Origin: an uncultured Bacteroidota bacterium
Lineage (GTDB): Bacteria; Bacteroidota; Bacteroidia; Bacteroidales; GCA-2748055
DNA: 64,000 bases
Direction of reading: 5' to 3'
NCBI GenBank assembly: GCA_963716765.1
Contig: CAVQUO010000022.1
Span: forward strand, 393,913-457,912
Positions 45,931 through 58,323 of the stretch are shown here, piece after piece (position 1 is the stretch's first letter; every line of letters begins with the position of its first letter). The notes under the pieces are model-generated. The model did not search any database. It saw only the letters and a program-made list of their open reading frames with translations, and was not told the DNA's origin. Made by a program: the position numbers and the translations under genes.

Positions 45931-45940
45931 TATATCGAGC

Positions 45941-46618
45941 ATGAAAAGATCCGAGATAAACCAGAAGATCACAGAAGCGCTTGCGTTTTTTGAAGAAATG
46001 AATTTCAGGCTTCCTCCCTGGGGATACTGGTCTCCTGATGAATGGCAACAAAACGGTTCAAACTACGACGAGATTATTCAGAATCAATTGGGCTGGGACC
46101 TGACCGATTTCGGGTCTGGATCCTACAAGGAATCCGGTCTGCTTTTATTTACCCTTCGAAATGGTAATCTCCACAGGGATCATAAACCCTATGCAGAGAA
46201 AATTATGATTGTAGATGAGGACCAGTTTACTCCCATGCATTTTCATTGGACCAAGATGGAGGATATAATCAATCGGGGAGGAGGAAACCTAATGATGCAG
46301 CTTTACGCTTCCGGAGAGCATGAGGAACTGGCTGAACATGAATTTGAGGTAAGTATTGACGGGATCAGAAGAAGTTTTGGTGCGGGTGATTTTCTCAGAC
46401 TCACACCCGGAGAAAGCATAAGCTTGTATCCGGGGCTTTACCATAAGTTTTATGGAGAGAAAGGACACGGCAGGGTACTTGTCGGAGAGGTCAGTGCTGT
46501 GAATGACGACCATAATGACAACCGCTTCTACCAGGAAGTGGGCCGGTTTCCGGATATCGATGAAGATGAAGCTCCCGCCTACTTTTTAACATGTGATTAT
46601 AATTTAATAAGATTATAA
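45941..46618 (+). CDS. D-lyxose/D-mannose-family sugar isomerase (cupin); intact
   Basis: FRLPPWGYWSPDEW...QFTPMHFHWTKMEDIINRGGGNL...LYPGLYHKFYGE. Confidence 0.8.
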   Translation: MKRSEINQKITEALAFFEEMNFRLPPWGYWSPDEWQQNGSNYDEIIQNQLGWDLTDFGSGSYKESGLLLFTLRNGNLHRDHKPYAEKIMIVDEDQFTPMHFHWTKMEDIINRGGGNLMMQLYASGEHEELAEHEFEVSIDGIRRSFGAGDFLRLTPGESISLYPGLYHKFYGEKGHGRVLVGEVSAVNDDHNDNRFYQEVGRFPDIDEDEAPAYFLTCDYNLIRL

Positions 46619-46709
46619 TGTATCATTATAAAGTAAGACTCCAATGACCGGAGCTTCACTTTATAATTCAGATTATAGAGGCCATACCATATTTTGCCTG
46701 AATCGCAAT

Positions 46710-47998
46710 TTAGGTGAGCCCAAAGGCCATCAAAACGGATCCATGCCTGAGGTAAAGTACCCCCTGTGAATTACCGGGTGGGAAAAATGCTCTCTGTCGC
46801 CCGTGGTGATTTTAAATGAACTGACCTCCTTCATTTTTCCATCATCGTAAGAGATCAAGCTTCAGATCTCCCTGAAAATTATAGTAGTAGAGCATCTGGT
46901 CGGCTTCGATAACCACGCCACGTCCGACTTTCAGTGAATCCACCAGAACCCCTGTTGTGGCATCGATGGACTTTAACTGGGGCTTTTTTGTACCTCCGCC
47001 ATAGAGGTAATTATCCACTTTAACGATTCCTCCCATATAGCTGTCAAATTCCATGTTTCTCCATAGCTTCCTTGATGGATGTTCCATCTTCGGATAAGCT
47101 CCAGCTTTACACCAAAATTCCCGTCATCACCGGTGGCATAGTAAATGGCTCCCTCCTCAAAAATTACCGTATTGGCATGGGTGTCACCCATTCCGGGTTT
47201 TCTTTTATCGGGCTCGATGCCCTCCATTTCCTGCGACCACAGCAGTTCCCCGCTATCCGCGTCCAAACCCATCAGGTGATAGGCGGAAAAGGTGACCAGG
47301 ATTTTTCTTTCCGAAAGGTTAATTACCCTGGGTGGATGGTAGCCAGAACGTTCACCAAAACCCGGGATTGCTCCAGATCAGATCACCCGTAAAGCGGTTT
47401 AAGGCCACTACATTGTGCTCTTTTCCCCCCGCGGTCCAGAATACCTTATCCCCATCGATCACGGCCGATTCGGAATGACCAAAACGGGGGAGGCCTCCAT
47501 GGAATTCGCGTGGACAAATCCTTTGACCACACCACATTTCCTGTTGCTTTCTCCAGGCAGTAAAGATTCCCCATCCCTGAACCCACATAGATCAGGTCGT
47601 CCACTATCGTAGGTGCCGATCGCGATCCGGGGAAATTGACCACCCACTCATTTCCGAATTTCGATTGCCATATCATTTTTCCTTCGTGTATCAATGCAAT
47701 GCAGATATGCAATGCTGTCGATTGCTCCTGTAATATAGATCAGTCCGTCCTCAATGACCGGCGAACCATAACCACTGCCAATCCCATCCAGGAACCAGAG
47801 TTCGGCTGGACCCTCTTCAGGCCACTCTTTCAGGAGATTGTTTTCATGGTATCTGCCATTACGGTCTTCGCCACGCCACTCGACGATATTGGGTTTTTCA
47901 GGACTGCAGGAAACAAGCAGGAGTAGAATAAGAGAGCAGGAATAAGAATTTTCATTGTATGGGATGTTTTTAGGGTTTGAGGATTTAAAGATAATCAT
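46710..47998 (-). CDS. PQQ-like (BamB-type) beta-propeller repeat lipoprotein; about 7 frame changes
   Basis: GSPVIEDGLIYITG, SAPTIVDDLIYVGSGMGNLYCLEKATGNVVW, SAVIDGDKVFWTAGG, C-terminal HPVIHRGVLYLRHGSVLMAF. Confidence 0.7.
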
Positions 47999-48025
47999 TA
48001 CTGCGAATCAGGGGTCAGGACACAT

Positions 48026-49190
48026 TTAACACCACTCGCGGTCCATTTCCACCACACATTTGTTGCAGCGGTTACACGCTGTGCGGTCAATGCTTCCATC
48101 CTTCAGTTTCAAAAGGAAATCGGAGTCGTGGATCAGGGCCCTGGCAAGGGCAATGAAATCAAATCCTGCATCCAGGATTTCCATGATTCCCGCTCTGGAA
48201 TCGACTCCTCCAAGATACACAAGTGGCATTTTTACATGCGACCTGATCTCCCTGGCCTGCTTCAGGAAAAAGTTTTCTTCGAAACTTGTACTTCCTGATG
48301 ATGAAGGGACCAAAAAGAGCCATGGTCAGTTTCTCTGCAAAATTGCTTCCATTTCGGGCCATTCCAAGAAGGGGTACCTTTCCGCGCATTAGGTAGAAGG
48401 GACTCTTAGCTGGTAAATCCTCCACTCAAAACGATGGCAGTACATCCGGCTTCTTCAAGCCTTTTTGCCACATATTTGCAGTCCTCCAGCGAAAAACCCT
48501 TCCTCAGTCCGTCACTCAGGTTAAGTTTAACAAGAACAGGAAAGCCAGGTCCTGTTTTTTCCTTCACCCTGCGCAGGACCTCCAGGGGAAAGCGACTGCG
48601 GTTTTCCACACTGCCTCCATAGGCATCCCTGCGCCTGTTGGTAACAGGACTGAGAAACTGGCTGAGCAGGTAGCCATGACCCATATGGATCTCCACCGCA
48701 TCAAAGCCGGCCTCCTTTATTCCCAGTGCAGCATTTGCAAAGTCATTGGCCACTTTGTCCATCTCTTTTTCGCCCATTTCCCTGGAAAATATGATGCCCG
48801 ACAGGATGCCATAGGCATTGAGCACCCGGCTGGGTGCATCAGGGTGTCTGGTCTCTTTGTTTTTTGTGAAGTAGCCACAATGGGTCAGTTGCATGGCTAC
48901 TTTGCCTCCGGCCTCATGAACCGCTGTTGCAAGCAGGGCAAGCTTTTCCAGGCTTCTGGGATTGATATACATCTGCTCATGAAAGGTCCGGGCCTCGCGG
49001 GATACGGCCCCGTAGGAAACGGTAGTCAGACCGACACCACCTTTTACCATGGCCACATGATGCTCGGTAAGTGCCGTGGTAGGCAATCCGTCTTTCTGCA
49101 TTCCCTCATAAGCAGCCGATCTGATGAAGCAGACTCTTCAGAACCAGGTCGCTGTCACCCAGCTTGTTTTGCCTGAAAGCTTTGTTCCAT
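48026..49190 (-). CDS. NADH:flavin oxidoreductase (Old Yellow Enzyme family); about 3 frame changes
   Basis: AGFDAVEIHMGHGYLLSQFLSPVTNRRRDAYGGSVENRSRF, GGFTS..., GFDFIALARALIHDSDF. Confidence 0.8.
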
Positions 49191-49194
49191 CTTA

Positions 49195-50005
49195 CTATTT
49201 ATTTGAGGTTTTTGCCTTTCTGATTCTTTGCCGGTTTGCAAAAGCAATGACGAATCGAGGCAGCAGTGGAACCAGCAAAACGATTGCTTTATTAAAGAAA
49301 CCCGGAATGCAACGGGGCCGGTTCCGAAACATGGCCCGGATCCCTGCTCTTGCCACTGAATCCGGCTCCTTTCACAATCCCGATCTTTCTTCCAAGGCTC
49401 ATATTGGCCCCAAAGGGATCATTCAAGTGGCGTATCGGTGGTTCCGGGGATCAGACAACATACACTAACTCCGTAGGGTTTTAATTCGGTCCGTATGGCC
49501 CTGGTGAAATAACGAAGGAAGGTTTTTGTGGGCCCATAAACTGAAATGGTTGGGAAAGGGCATGACAGAAGAGATGGAAGAAACATTGAGAATATAACCC
49601 GAACGTTTTTCCTTCATCCTGGCTCCAAATAAGCGGCACAAGAGGGCAGGAGTGTTTACATGCAGGTGAAGGATGGATTTCATTAGATCATATTCCGAAT
49701 CAACCATTTCCCCATAACAGGAGCATTCCGGCATTATTTACCAGGATATCAAGCTCAATATTTTGAGCCTGACAATAATCATAAATTTCCTGTGCAGCAT
49801 TCTCCCTGGCCAGATCCTGGTAAATGGTCAGCACCTGAACCTTGTGGTTTTGTTCACAGTGCTGCTTTAATTCTTCCAGCTGAGTCTTCCTGGTTGCTGA
49901 CAGCAATGATATTATAAGCCTTTGGCTGCCAGTTGCTACTGAAATATGCCAACCGATGCCGTGAAGATGCACCTGTTACAAGTGCCCAGGGTCCGGTAGT
50001 ATTCA
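49195..50005 (-). CDS. SDR-family short-chain dehydrogenase; about 5 frame changes
   Basis: WALVTGASSGIG, ILVNNAG, GYILNVSSISS. Confidence 0.8.
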
Positions 50006-50201
50006 TTTAATTCTGCTTTGTTTTAAAAATAATAAACAAAATGAATAAATTAAGACGCTCAAACCTACATAGAAAAATGTTCAGGGCAGCATGGTCGCCT
50101 ATGCAGTGCCGGAATCAACGGTTCGGATGATATCCTAGTCCTGGAAACCGACCATAACCGTCGATGCAGTGGAAGCAATCTGTGAATAAATTTCGTCCAC
50201 G

Positions 50202-51433
50202 CTAAGCCACAAAGGTATAAGCCTTACCCACTTTGCCGGCACGTCCGGTACGGCCAATGCGGTGAATATAGCTGTCATGGGTTTGTGGAACCTGGTAGTT
50301 GATCACATGCGATACATCTGAAACATCGAGTCCGCGTGAAGCCACATCGGTTGCAACCAGAACCTGTACACGACCCTGCTTAAAAGCCTGTCAGGGCATT
50401 CTGACGGGCATTCTGACTCTTATTTCCATGAATCTGATCTGCCTTGATGCCTGCCTTGTTCAACTTCATACACAGGCGACTAACCCTGTGCTTGGTCTCT
50501 TCAAAAAGCAGTACTTTTTTAAACTCATTCTGCGACAGCATCTGCTGCAGGACCTTAAATTTGTCTTCACCGGGCTTCAGCCTGATTACTTCCTGGTCGA
50601 TGCCATCACCGGAACTGTTCCCGGTGCTCACCTTCACGGTCACTGGATTCTTTAAGATGGTGTTGATCATCGATTGCTGGGATTTATCCAGGGTCGCCGA
50701 AAAGAGCATGGTATGATTGCGCTGCTTCATGCCATCAAGGATGCGGTTTACATCACGGATGAAACCCATGTCCAGCATGCGGTCAAACTCATCCAGTACC
50801 AGGGTTTTAAATTTACCCAGATCAATGGCCCGTGCGATCTGTCAGATCCAGCAGTCTGCCAGGCGTGGCAATTACCACATGGCTGTTTCTGCGAAGGTTC
50901 TTCAGGTCTGTGTTGATATTGGTACCACCAATAAAACAGGCACTGTAAAGTCCCAAGTCCTTTGGCCATGCTTTTAAACTCCTCTTCAACCTGGAGGGCC
51001 AGTTCACGGGTGGGTACAACGACCAGTGCATAGGGATTTACCCTGTTATGCAGCAGTTTTTCGATGATGGGGATCAGGAAGGCCCCGGTTTTCCCGGTTC
51101 CTGTTTGTGCAATTCCCAGGATATCCCTGCCTTCCAACAAGGGTTTCCAGGGTTCTGTCCTGGATTTCTGTGGGTCTTTCATATCCCTTTGATAGCAAGG
51201 GCTTCTCTTCAATTTTATATCAATGGGCATATCTTTAATCAGCCGGTCAGAGCGAAAAACTTTTTCTACCACTGCATGATCTGCTTCCTTCACCAGGAGG
51301 GAAGGATCCAGCGTGGATGCTTTTTTTGCCGGACGTGCATTGTTTCTTGATTCTGATTGTTTGAACCCTGAACTCTTGTTCGTCCCGGATTTGATTGATT
51401 ACTTTGTCTGTTGTTTACTGTTGTATTACTCAT
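50202..51433 (-). CDS. DEAD-box-type RNA helicase 1 (motif II reads DEFD); about 7 frame changes; 3' end may extend to about 50135
   Basis: [38 protein letters not shown] (DEFD at 50782-50793), [15 protein letters not shown], ...[16 protein letters not shown]. Confidence 0.85.
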
Positions 51434-51656
51434 ATAATAGATTTTGAACAGCCCTAATACAAGGCTGCTATATTGTTTAAAATGACGAGCTTCAAAGAGT
51501 TCGCCGCCTTAGCTGAATCAGAAAAAAAAGAGAGGGGTCCCTGAAATGCGGGAAAACTGCCTAATTGAAAAGTCGGCTAAGAAATTTCGACAAAGGTAAT
51601 CAAATATTCCATCCTTTATCGGAAATAATGTGACCTTTGCAGTAAATCTGTAAAGA

Positions 51657-52907
51657 ATGAAGTTTGAAGAGTACCATATTGCAGAAGGAATCAAGACAAG
51701 CATTTCCAAGCTTGGATTTAAAAAGCCCACCGATATCCAGTTTAAATCCATTCCTCCCATCCTCAGGGGAGAGGATGTGCTTGCCATTGCCCAGACCGGC
51801 ACCGGCAAGACTGCAGCCTTTGCCATTCCTGTATTGCATATATTGCAGGAACGGAAAATCAAAGGGCGTCCCGATGGGGTCAAATGCCTGGTCATGGTAC
51901 CCACCCATGAACTGGCCCTTCAAACCGAAAATGTATTTCAGGGTTCTGGGAAAACACACCAGGGTCAAAGCCTTTGCCATTCACGGAGGGGTGGACCAGG
52001 ATCCACAGATTAAGCAGCTGGATAAGGGGGTGGATGTACTGATTGCCACACCCGGCAGGATGTTTGACCTGGTGAGCCAGGGTGCACTGCAAGCTGCAAC
52101 GGGTGGAGATCCTGGTACTGGATGAGGCCGATCACATGCTCGACCTGGGTTTTATCAAAGATATCCGTGATCTGATGAAACATCTTCCCAGAAAGCGGCA
52201 GACCCTCTTCTTTTCAGCCACCATCGATGAGCAGATTAAGAAGATCGCCTACTCCCTGGTAACCGATGCCATTCGCATCCAGATCTCACCCAAGGATCCG
52301 GTGGCCAAAAACATTGAACATGCCGTGGCATTCATTGAGATGGATGACAAGCGCTTTTTCCTGGAAAATGTAATCACCAACCATCCGGATCAGAAAATCC
52401 TGGTATTTGTGAGAACAAAGGTCCGGGCCGAACGGGTAAAAAAGGCCCTGGAAAGGGTGAATATCCAGTCGGAAACCATTCATGGTGATAAGGAACAGGA
52501 GCAACGTGAGCGCACCATGCAGCTGTTTCAGGACATGGAGATATTAAGGTGCTGATTGCCACGGATGTAAGTGCCAGGGGGATTGATATTCCCGATGTGG
52601 AATTGGTGGTAAATTATGACCTGCCCGAATCTCCTGAATACTATGTGCACAGGGTAGGCCGGACCGGCACGGGGAACACAAAAGGGCCAGGCCATCTCCT
52701 TTTGCAGCAAAGAGGAAAGAGAAATGCTGGCCATCATTGAGGAGCAACTGGGAAAACCCATCTACAGAACCGAAATTTCCAAAGGCTTTTACCGCGATAC
52801 CATTGAAGCCTCCAAAGAAAATGAAGAAACCGACTGGCAGTCTCTTGCTGGACCAGGAAGATGCATTTCAAAAAAGCCGAAAGAAAAAAAACAAGAAATC
52901 AAAGTGA
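51657..52907 (+). CDS. DEAD-box RNA helicase 2 (RhlE-like); about 5 frame changes
   Basis: GFKKPTDIQ (Q motif), [38 protein letters not shown] (52121-52132), [35 protein letters not shown]; basic tail. Confidence 0.85.
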
Positions 52908-53228
52908 TGATAAAACTATGCAATATTGCCATTCCTTGTCTTTGTCCTGAACATCCCTTTCGGGTACTGGAGGGCAAATGTCAGAAGGTTTTCCACCCAG
53001 TGGTTCCTGGCCATTCACATACCGGTTCCCTTTATTGTTGCCCTGAGGTTGCTATCCGGTATTGGATTTGCCTGGTACACCTACCTTTTCCTGGTGGGTG
53101 CTTTTTTCCTGGGACAACAATTTGGTTCCCTTTTAATGAAAAGGATTCATACGAATTGTCAACAGGAATCTTCCTGCATGGTGATGGATCTGATTCGTTG
53201 TGCCAGATCTCAGACCGGACAGCCATAA
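52908..53228 (+). CDS. small hypothetical membrane protein
   Basis: ORF 52926..53228 reads FLVFVLNIPFGYWRANVRRFSTQWFLAIHIPVPFIVALRLLSGIGFAWYTYLFLVGAFFLG, about 3 TM segments. The start is unclear. Confidence 0.4.
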
Positions 53229-53240
53229 ATCCCTGATTTC

Positions 53241-55647
53241 CTACTCTCTCCTCATGGACATGGCCGGATTCACATTTGCGGTTTTTAAAACCTGTGATAT
53301 GACTGTCAGGATGGTAATCATCAGTACGGTGAGGATTGGAATCATAAAGAACCACCAGCCGATACCAATCCTGTAGGCAAAGTTGTCCAGCCATCCCTTC
53401 ATGATATAATAGCCCACACCCAGACCAATGGGAAGAGCAATCGCCACCTGTATCACGAAGTAACGCAAGAGCAGCAGGACTGCATTTCCCGGGGAGGAGC
53501 CCAACACTTTTCTCAGGCCAATTTCCTGTGTCCGCTGGATCGTGGTATAGGAAGAAAGGCCGAAAAGTCCCATTCCCGCAATAAAGATTGCCATGAAAGC
53601 AAATAAGCCAAATACGGTTCCAAAACGAATCTCATTTCTGTATTGTTCATTGTAATAATCCTCCAGGAAAAAGTAGTCAAAAGGATTCTGCGGAAAGAAC
53701 TGCAGCCACAGTTCCTCTGCAAAAGAGAGAACTTCCTGGTTTTTCATGGGATTCACTTTAATGGAATAATATGAATTTGCATCTTTAAAGTATCTGAATA
53801 TCAATGGTTCCTGATCTTCCTTTAATCCTTCCTGGTGATAATTTTTTAAAACCCCCACAATGTTAAAGGTATCCCCCCAGAAATAAATGGGCACATTCAG
53901 GGCCGAGGCATTGTCTTCAAATCCCATTAACTCCACCGCAGCCTCATTGAGCAGGACCGTTTCGCTGTTCTGACCGAAATCCGCAGAAAAATTCCTGCCC
54001 TCCAGTATGCTGAGTCCGTAGAAATCGACAAAATCGAAATCGAAACCTATAATCCGGTACTGATTGCCATCCTCCTCGGCATCAGAGAGCCTTCTGATTC
54101 CGCCTGCGTTCCATGCAGGTTGTCTTCCGGGTACAGCAATTGAAGCTGTTACCTTCTCCACATCCGGATTGCGAAGCAGCTCGTCCTTAAAGGCACTGAA
54201 TTTCTCTGAATAGGTGGAATCATTCACGGTGGGACCCCTGATTACCAATACATTCTTAATATCCACACCCAGATCACCTTTTCTCATAAATGAAATTTGC
54301 GTATACACGGTCAGGGTTCCTGCCACCAGCAAAAGGGAGGTGCTAAACTGGAAAATCACCAGGATCCGGCGCATGCCCAGGCCACCGACTTTCAATTCGG
54401 ATACTCCCTTAAATACGGTGGTAGGCTTAAAGGATGAGAGAAAAAGGGCAGGGTAGATACCAGAGAGAAAAGCTCCCAGGATAAATCCCAGTAAAACAAG
54501 GGCCCAGAAGTCCGTATTAGATCCAATTGAATAGTCCAGCATCTGGCCGCTTAGTTTATTGAATGCCGGACCCAGAATCATTACCAGGATAAATGCAAGG
54601 ACCATGGCTATCATATTCATAAGAAAGGATTCCAGTAAAAATTGTCCCAGCAGCTGGGATCTCATGGGCACCGTTCACTTTCCTCATCCCCACTTCCCGG
54701 GCACGCTCCAGTGAACGGGCAGTGGAAAGATTGATGTAATTAATCCAGGCAATGATCACCAGGAAAATGGATATGGCAATCAGGGCATATACCGAACGGG
54801 CATTGCCATTGGGTTCAGCCTCAAACATAAAATCGGAATTCAAATGAATACTCCTGAGTGGCTGCAAATTAAATACAACTCCGGCTCCAAAGCTATCCAT
54901 CTCACTTCCAATTTGTTCCTCCACAAAGGCAGGGATTTTGGCTTCAAAGACCTTGTAATCGGTTTCCGGGTGAAGCTGGATGTAATAGAAAAAAGCATCC
55001 CACTGCCAGGCCGTATTAATCGCCTCTCCACGGAAACGAACAAGGGAGGCCCAGGAAGCCAGGATATCGGGTTTCAGGTGGGAGTTTGCAGGTGCATCCT
55101 CATAAACACCTGTAATCTTAAATTCCGGACCTCCATTGAAGCGCATGCTCTCGCCAATGGGACTTTGATCCCCGAAATACCTTCTTGCTGTGGACCTGGA
55201 CAACAACATTTCCATGGGATTTAACAAAGCAGTATTTGGATCACCTTCAAGGATGGTAAAGGAAAATATTTCAAAAAAAGAAGTATCCGCCAGGTAGATC
55301 TCATCTTCCCAGAATTTCTTCTCCCCGATACTGAATACGCCATTCATCTTTTGAAAACGGGTAAAATTCTCCACCTCTTCAAAATTCTCATAGAGGGCCT
55401 GACCCACAGCGGAACAGCCGGCAGCCCACTGGGTGGTCAGCTCTCCCTTGTTGTAGCGGTCCTGCTGAACTCTGTAAATCACATCTTGTTTTTCATGAAA
55501 ATTATCATAGCTGAGCTCAAAGCGAACATACTGGATGATCAGCACAAAAGCAGCCATACCAATGGCCAGTCCAAGTATATTAACGATGGAAGAAATTCGA
55601 TTCTTAAAAAGGTTTCGAAAGGCAATCAGGAGGTAATTGCGAAACAT
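53241..55647 (-). CDS. MacB/FtsX-type ABC transporter permease with two FtsX domains (about 800 aa); one frame change near 54600
   Basis: MFRNYLLIAFRNLFKNRISSIVNILGLAIGMA..., two 4-TM FtsX modules (ARSLERAREVGMRKVNGA / TTIQRTQEIGLRKVLGS). Confidence 0.85.
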
Positions 55648-55765
55648 GCTTCAGGATTTATACTTCAAAGACGAAACAGAATTGAATTTATTACAAGTTA
55701 CATTTTTCAGATGAAAGCACATATTCTGACCTTTTTTACTAATTTGGAATTCTAAAACGATAAAA

Positions 55766-56906
55766 ATGATGGCATCCCGAACGGAAAAACTGAATCCCTG
55801 AGAACACTCGACAAAAGAAAGATTGCAATCCCTTGATACCCTGCGTGGTTTTGACATGGCCATGCTGCTTGGGGGGGGATGGATCATCGTGATCCTTGCA
55901 GAGGCTACAGGTTGGAGCTGGCTGGAAGTCCTGGCAATCCAGCAGGAACATGTGGATTGGGTGGGATTTCGTTTCTACGACATGATCTTTCCTCTTTTTA
56001 TGTTTATCAGCGGGGTGGCCATCCCCTATGCCATCAATTCGAAAGTGGAAAAAGGGATCGCAAATCTGCTCTGCTGAGGAAAATCTTTATCAGGCTTCTG
56101 GCCCTGGTGGCCCTTGGGCTTATCTATAACGGAGTTCTGGAATGGGGATTTACAGATATGCGGGTTGCCAGTGTACTGGCCCAGATTGGCTTTGGATACT
56201 TTTTTGCCGCACTGATTTCGCTTTATTCCAAGAGCATCAAAGGGGTGTATTTTCTGGCTGCTGGGAATCTTAAGCGGGGTGGCTGTTCTGCAGCTATTTG
56301 TGCCGGTCCCAGGCTATGGAGCAGGGATTTTTGAACCTGCCGCCACCATCAATGCCTGGCTGGACCAACATCTTACTGCCTGGCAGGCTTTATGACAAAG
56401 TTTTCGATCCGGAGGGAATTTTATGCATCGTATCGGCAATTTCCATCACCTTACTTGGAAGCCTGGCAGGTTATGTCTTAAGAAGCACCCCCTAAAAGCC
56501 ATCACAAAAAGCCCTCTATATTGCCGCAGCAGGGTTTGGACTTTCCATCCTTGCCCTTGCTCTGAGCCACGTTTACCCCATTATTAAGAAAATGTGGACC
56601 GTACCCTATGTACTGCTTGCTGCCGGGATTAGCGCCCTTTTACTCTCTCTTTTCTACTATGTTATTGATGTCAAAGGCTCCAAAAAATGGACCTTATTCT
56701 TCAGGGTTTTTGGGATGAACTCCATTACCATTTATATGGTCACCAGGATCATTGATTTTGGGGATATCAGTCATTTCTTTCTGAACTGGTTCTCCATCCA
56801 TATCAGCGAGGCCTATGGTGCTGTTTTGATAGCCATCGGGGTTCTGGTTCTTGAATGGGCACTGCTTTACTTTCTTTATAAGAAGAAGATTTTTCTGAGG
56901 GTATAA
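55766..56906 (+). CDS. DUF5009 / HGSNAT-like transmembrane acetyltransferase family protein, copy 2; about 5 frame changes
   Basis: QSLDTLRGFDMAMLLG...FRFYDMIFPLFMFISGVAIPYA... plus multiple TM segments through ORF 56592..56906. Confidence 0.65.
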
Positions 56907-56910
56907 GGAC

Positions 56911-58308
56911 TTACCTGATCACTATCTTTTCTGCAAAACACCTGGTTTTGCCTGATAATGAAATAAATACAAGGCCTCTTGGAATGTCATTGGTATGAAC
57001 CTGAAACTCAGAGTGGCTATCCGGAGATACAAATTGTTCCGATTTCAGCACTCTACCATTACTGTCTATGATTTGCATTGACAATAATTCACCTGCCAAT
57101 CCATTATATTCAATGTTCAGGACATCGCTCCCCTCGAGGAAAATAATCTGAACGGGTAAGTTTCCCCCGCTCCTCAATTTAGTTGAAGTGAAATCCGCCT
57201 GAATCCTTCTGGTACTAGCAGGCCCCAAACCAAAACCATCTCTTTGGCACGCACGGAAAGCTCTCCACCTTCAAACTCAGTATCAAAATCCACCTCAATT
57301 AGATTTGTCGAGCTGCTACCTGAAGCTCCCGGGGGCAAAACCCAATGATAGGATTCTGCATTAAAAACCTCATCGACTGCATATTCATTCGTTGCGCTAC
57401 CCTGAAAAACTGAACCCGGACCGGAAATGCTGCCGGGTGCAGGAGGCAGGCTGTAATTCTCAATATCCGGCAGTTCGAGTGCATCATCTAAGGCCACCAG
57501 TTCAAAACCAAGCGTATCCTGAGGATGAACACAGGCCAGCAGGTAGTTCTCATCGGCCACTTCGCCCATTCCTGAGGCCAGAAGGGTAATATGGTCCCAC
57601 CGATCGTAAAAAGCAGAAATAGCATCAGGATTACCTCCCACGTCACCGGCTATTAAGAAGAATTTCTTATCTGGCCTTTCCAGCAACATAGGATGAAGCT
57701 CATCCCAATAGTTGGAATGCTCCACCATCTGGTTGTACCTTGACCGGGAATTGCTCCTCACATCAATGTACTTTTTATGACTGTTCCAAATGACCTCATG
57801 AAAGAATATAAATATGTTCTTGCATGAATCGCCCGCCTTAGAGATTTGTTCCTCCAGGAAAACCAGCTGATTTTCGGAAATGGCCCTGTCTGCTTCGATA
57901 CTATTCAAAACAATAAAGAGATCTTTATGGGAATAAAAAGCATAGTAAGTGGCCCCGAACTTATCCTAAAAAAACCTGCCTTCCGGTCTCATTATCATCG
58001 TGATTTCCCATCACGTAAAAGTAGGGCAGGGAAAGGCTATCAAGCTCGTCCTCTACCTGTTGCCAGCTTTCACTTGTGCTATGGTTGACAATATCTCCTG
58101 TAAAAACCATAAACTCAACGGTGCTGTCGATTCCTGAATATAAACGATTAAGCAGAGCAGGGTGCAGACCAATATTTTCGCCTTCATGCGAACCATAAGC
58201 ATGACCGGCAGCAATAAAGGAATAGGAGCTATCGGTCTGGGCCAAGAGGACCGTATTGATAGACAACAGGGCAACAAATATAAATCCGCTAGTCCAAAAA
58301 CGCTTCAA
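56911..58308 (-). CDS. secreted metallophosphoesterase with T9SS C-terminal sorting domain; 2 frame changes
   Basis: AAGHAYGSH, FTGDIVNH, VMGNHD, FFHEVIW; C-terminal ~80 aa ...LSMQIIDSNGRVLKSEQF...GLVFISLSGKTRCFAEKIVIR is CTD-like. Confidence 0.75.
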
Positions 58309-58323
58309 AATCAGTTTTAGCTT

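Noticed and set aside
46634-46677. AT-rich imperfect hairpin between the convergent lyxose isomerase and PQQ-propeller genes, considered as a terminator
   Set aside because: The stem is only about 10 AT-rich base pairs with a ~20-nt loop and no clear U-tract on either strand. This is too weak to call.
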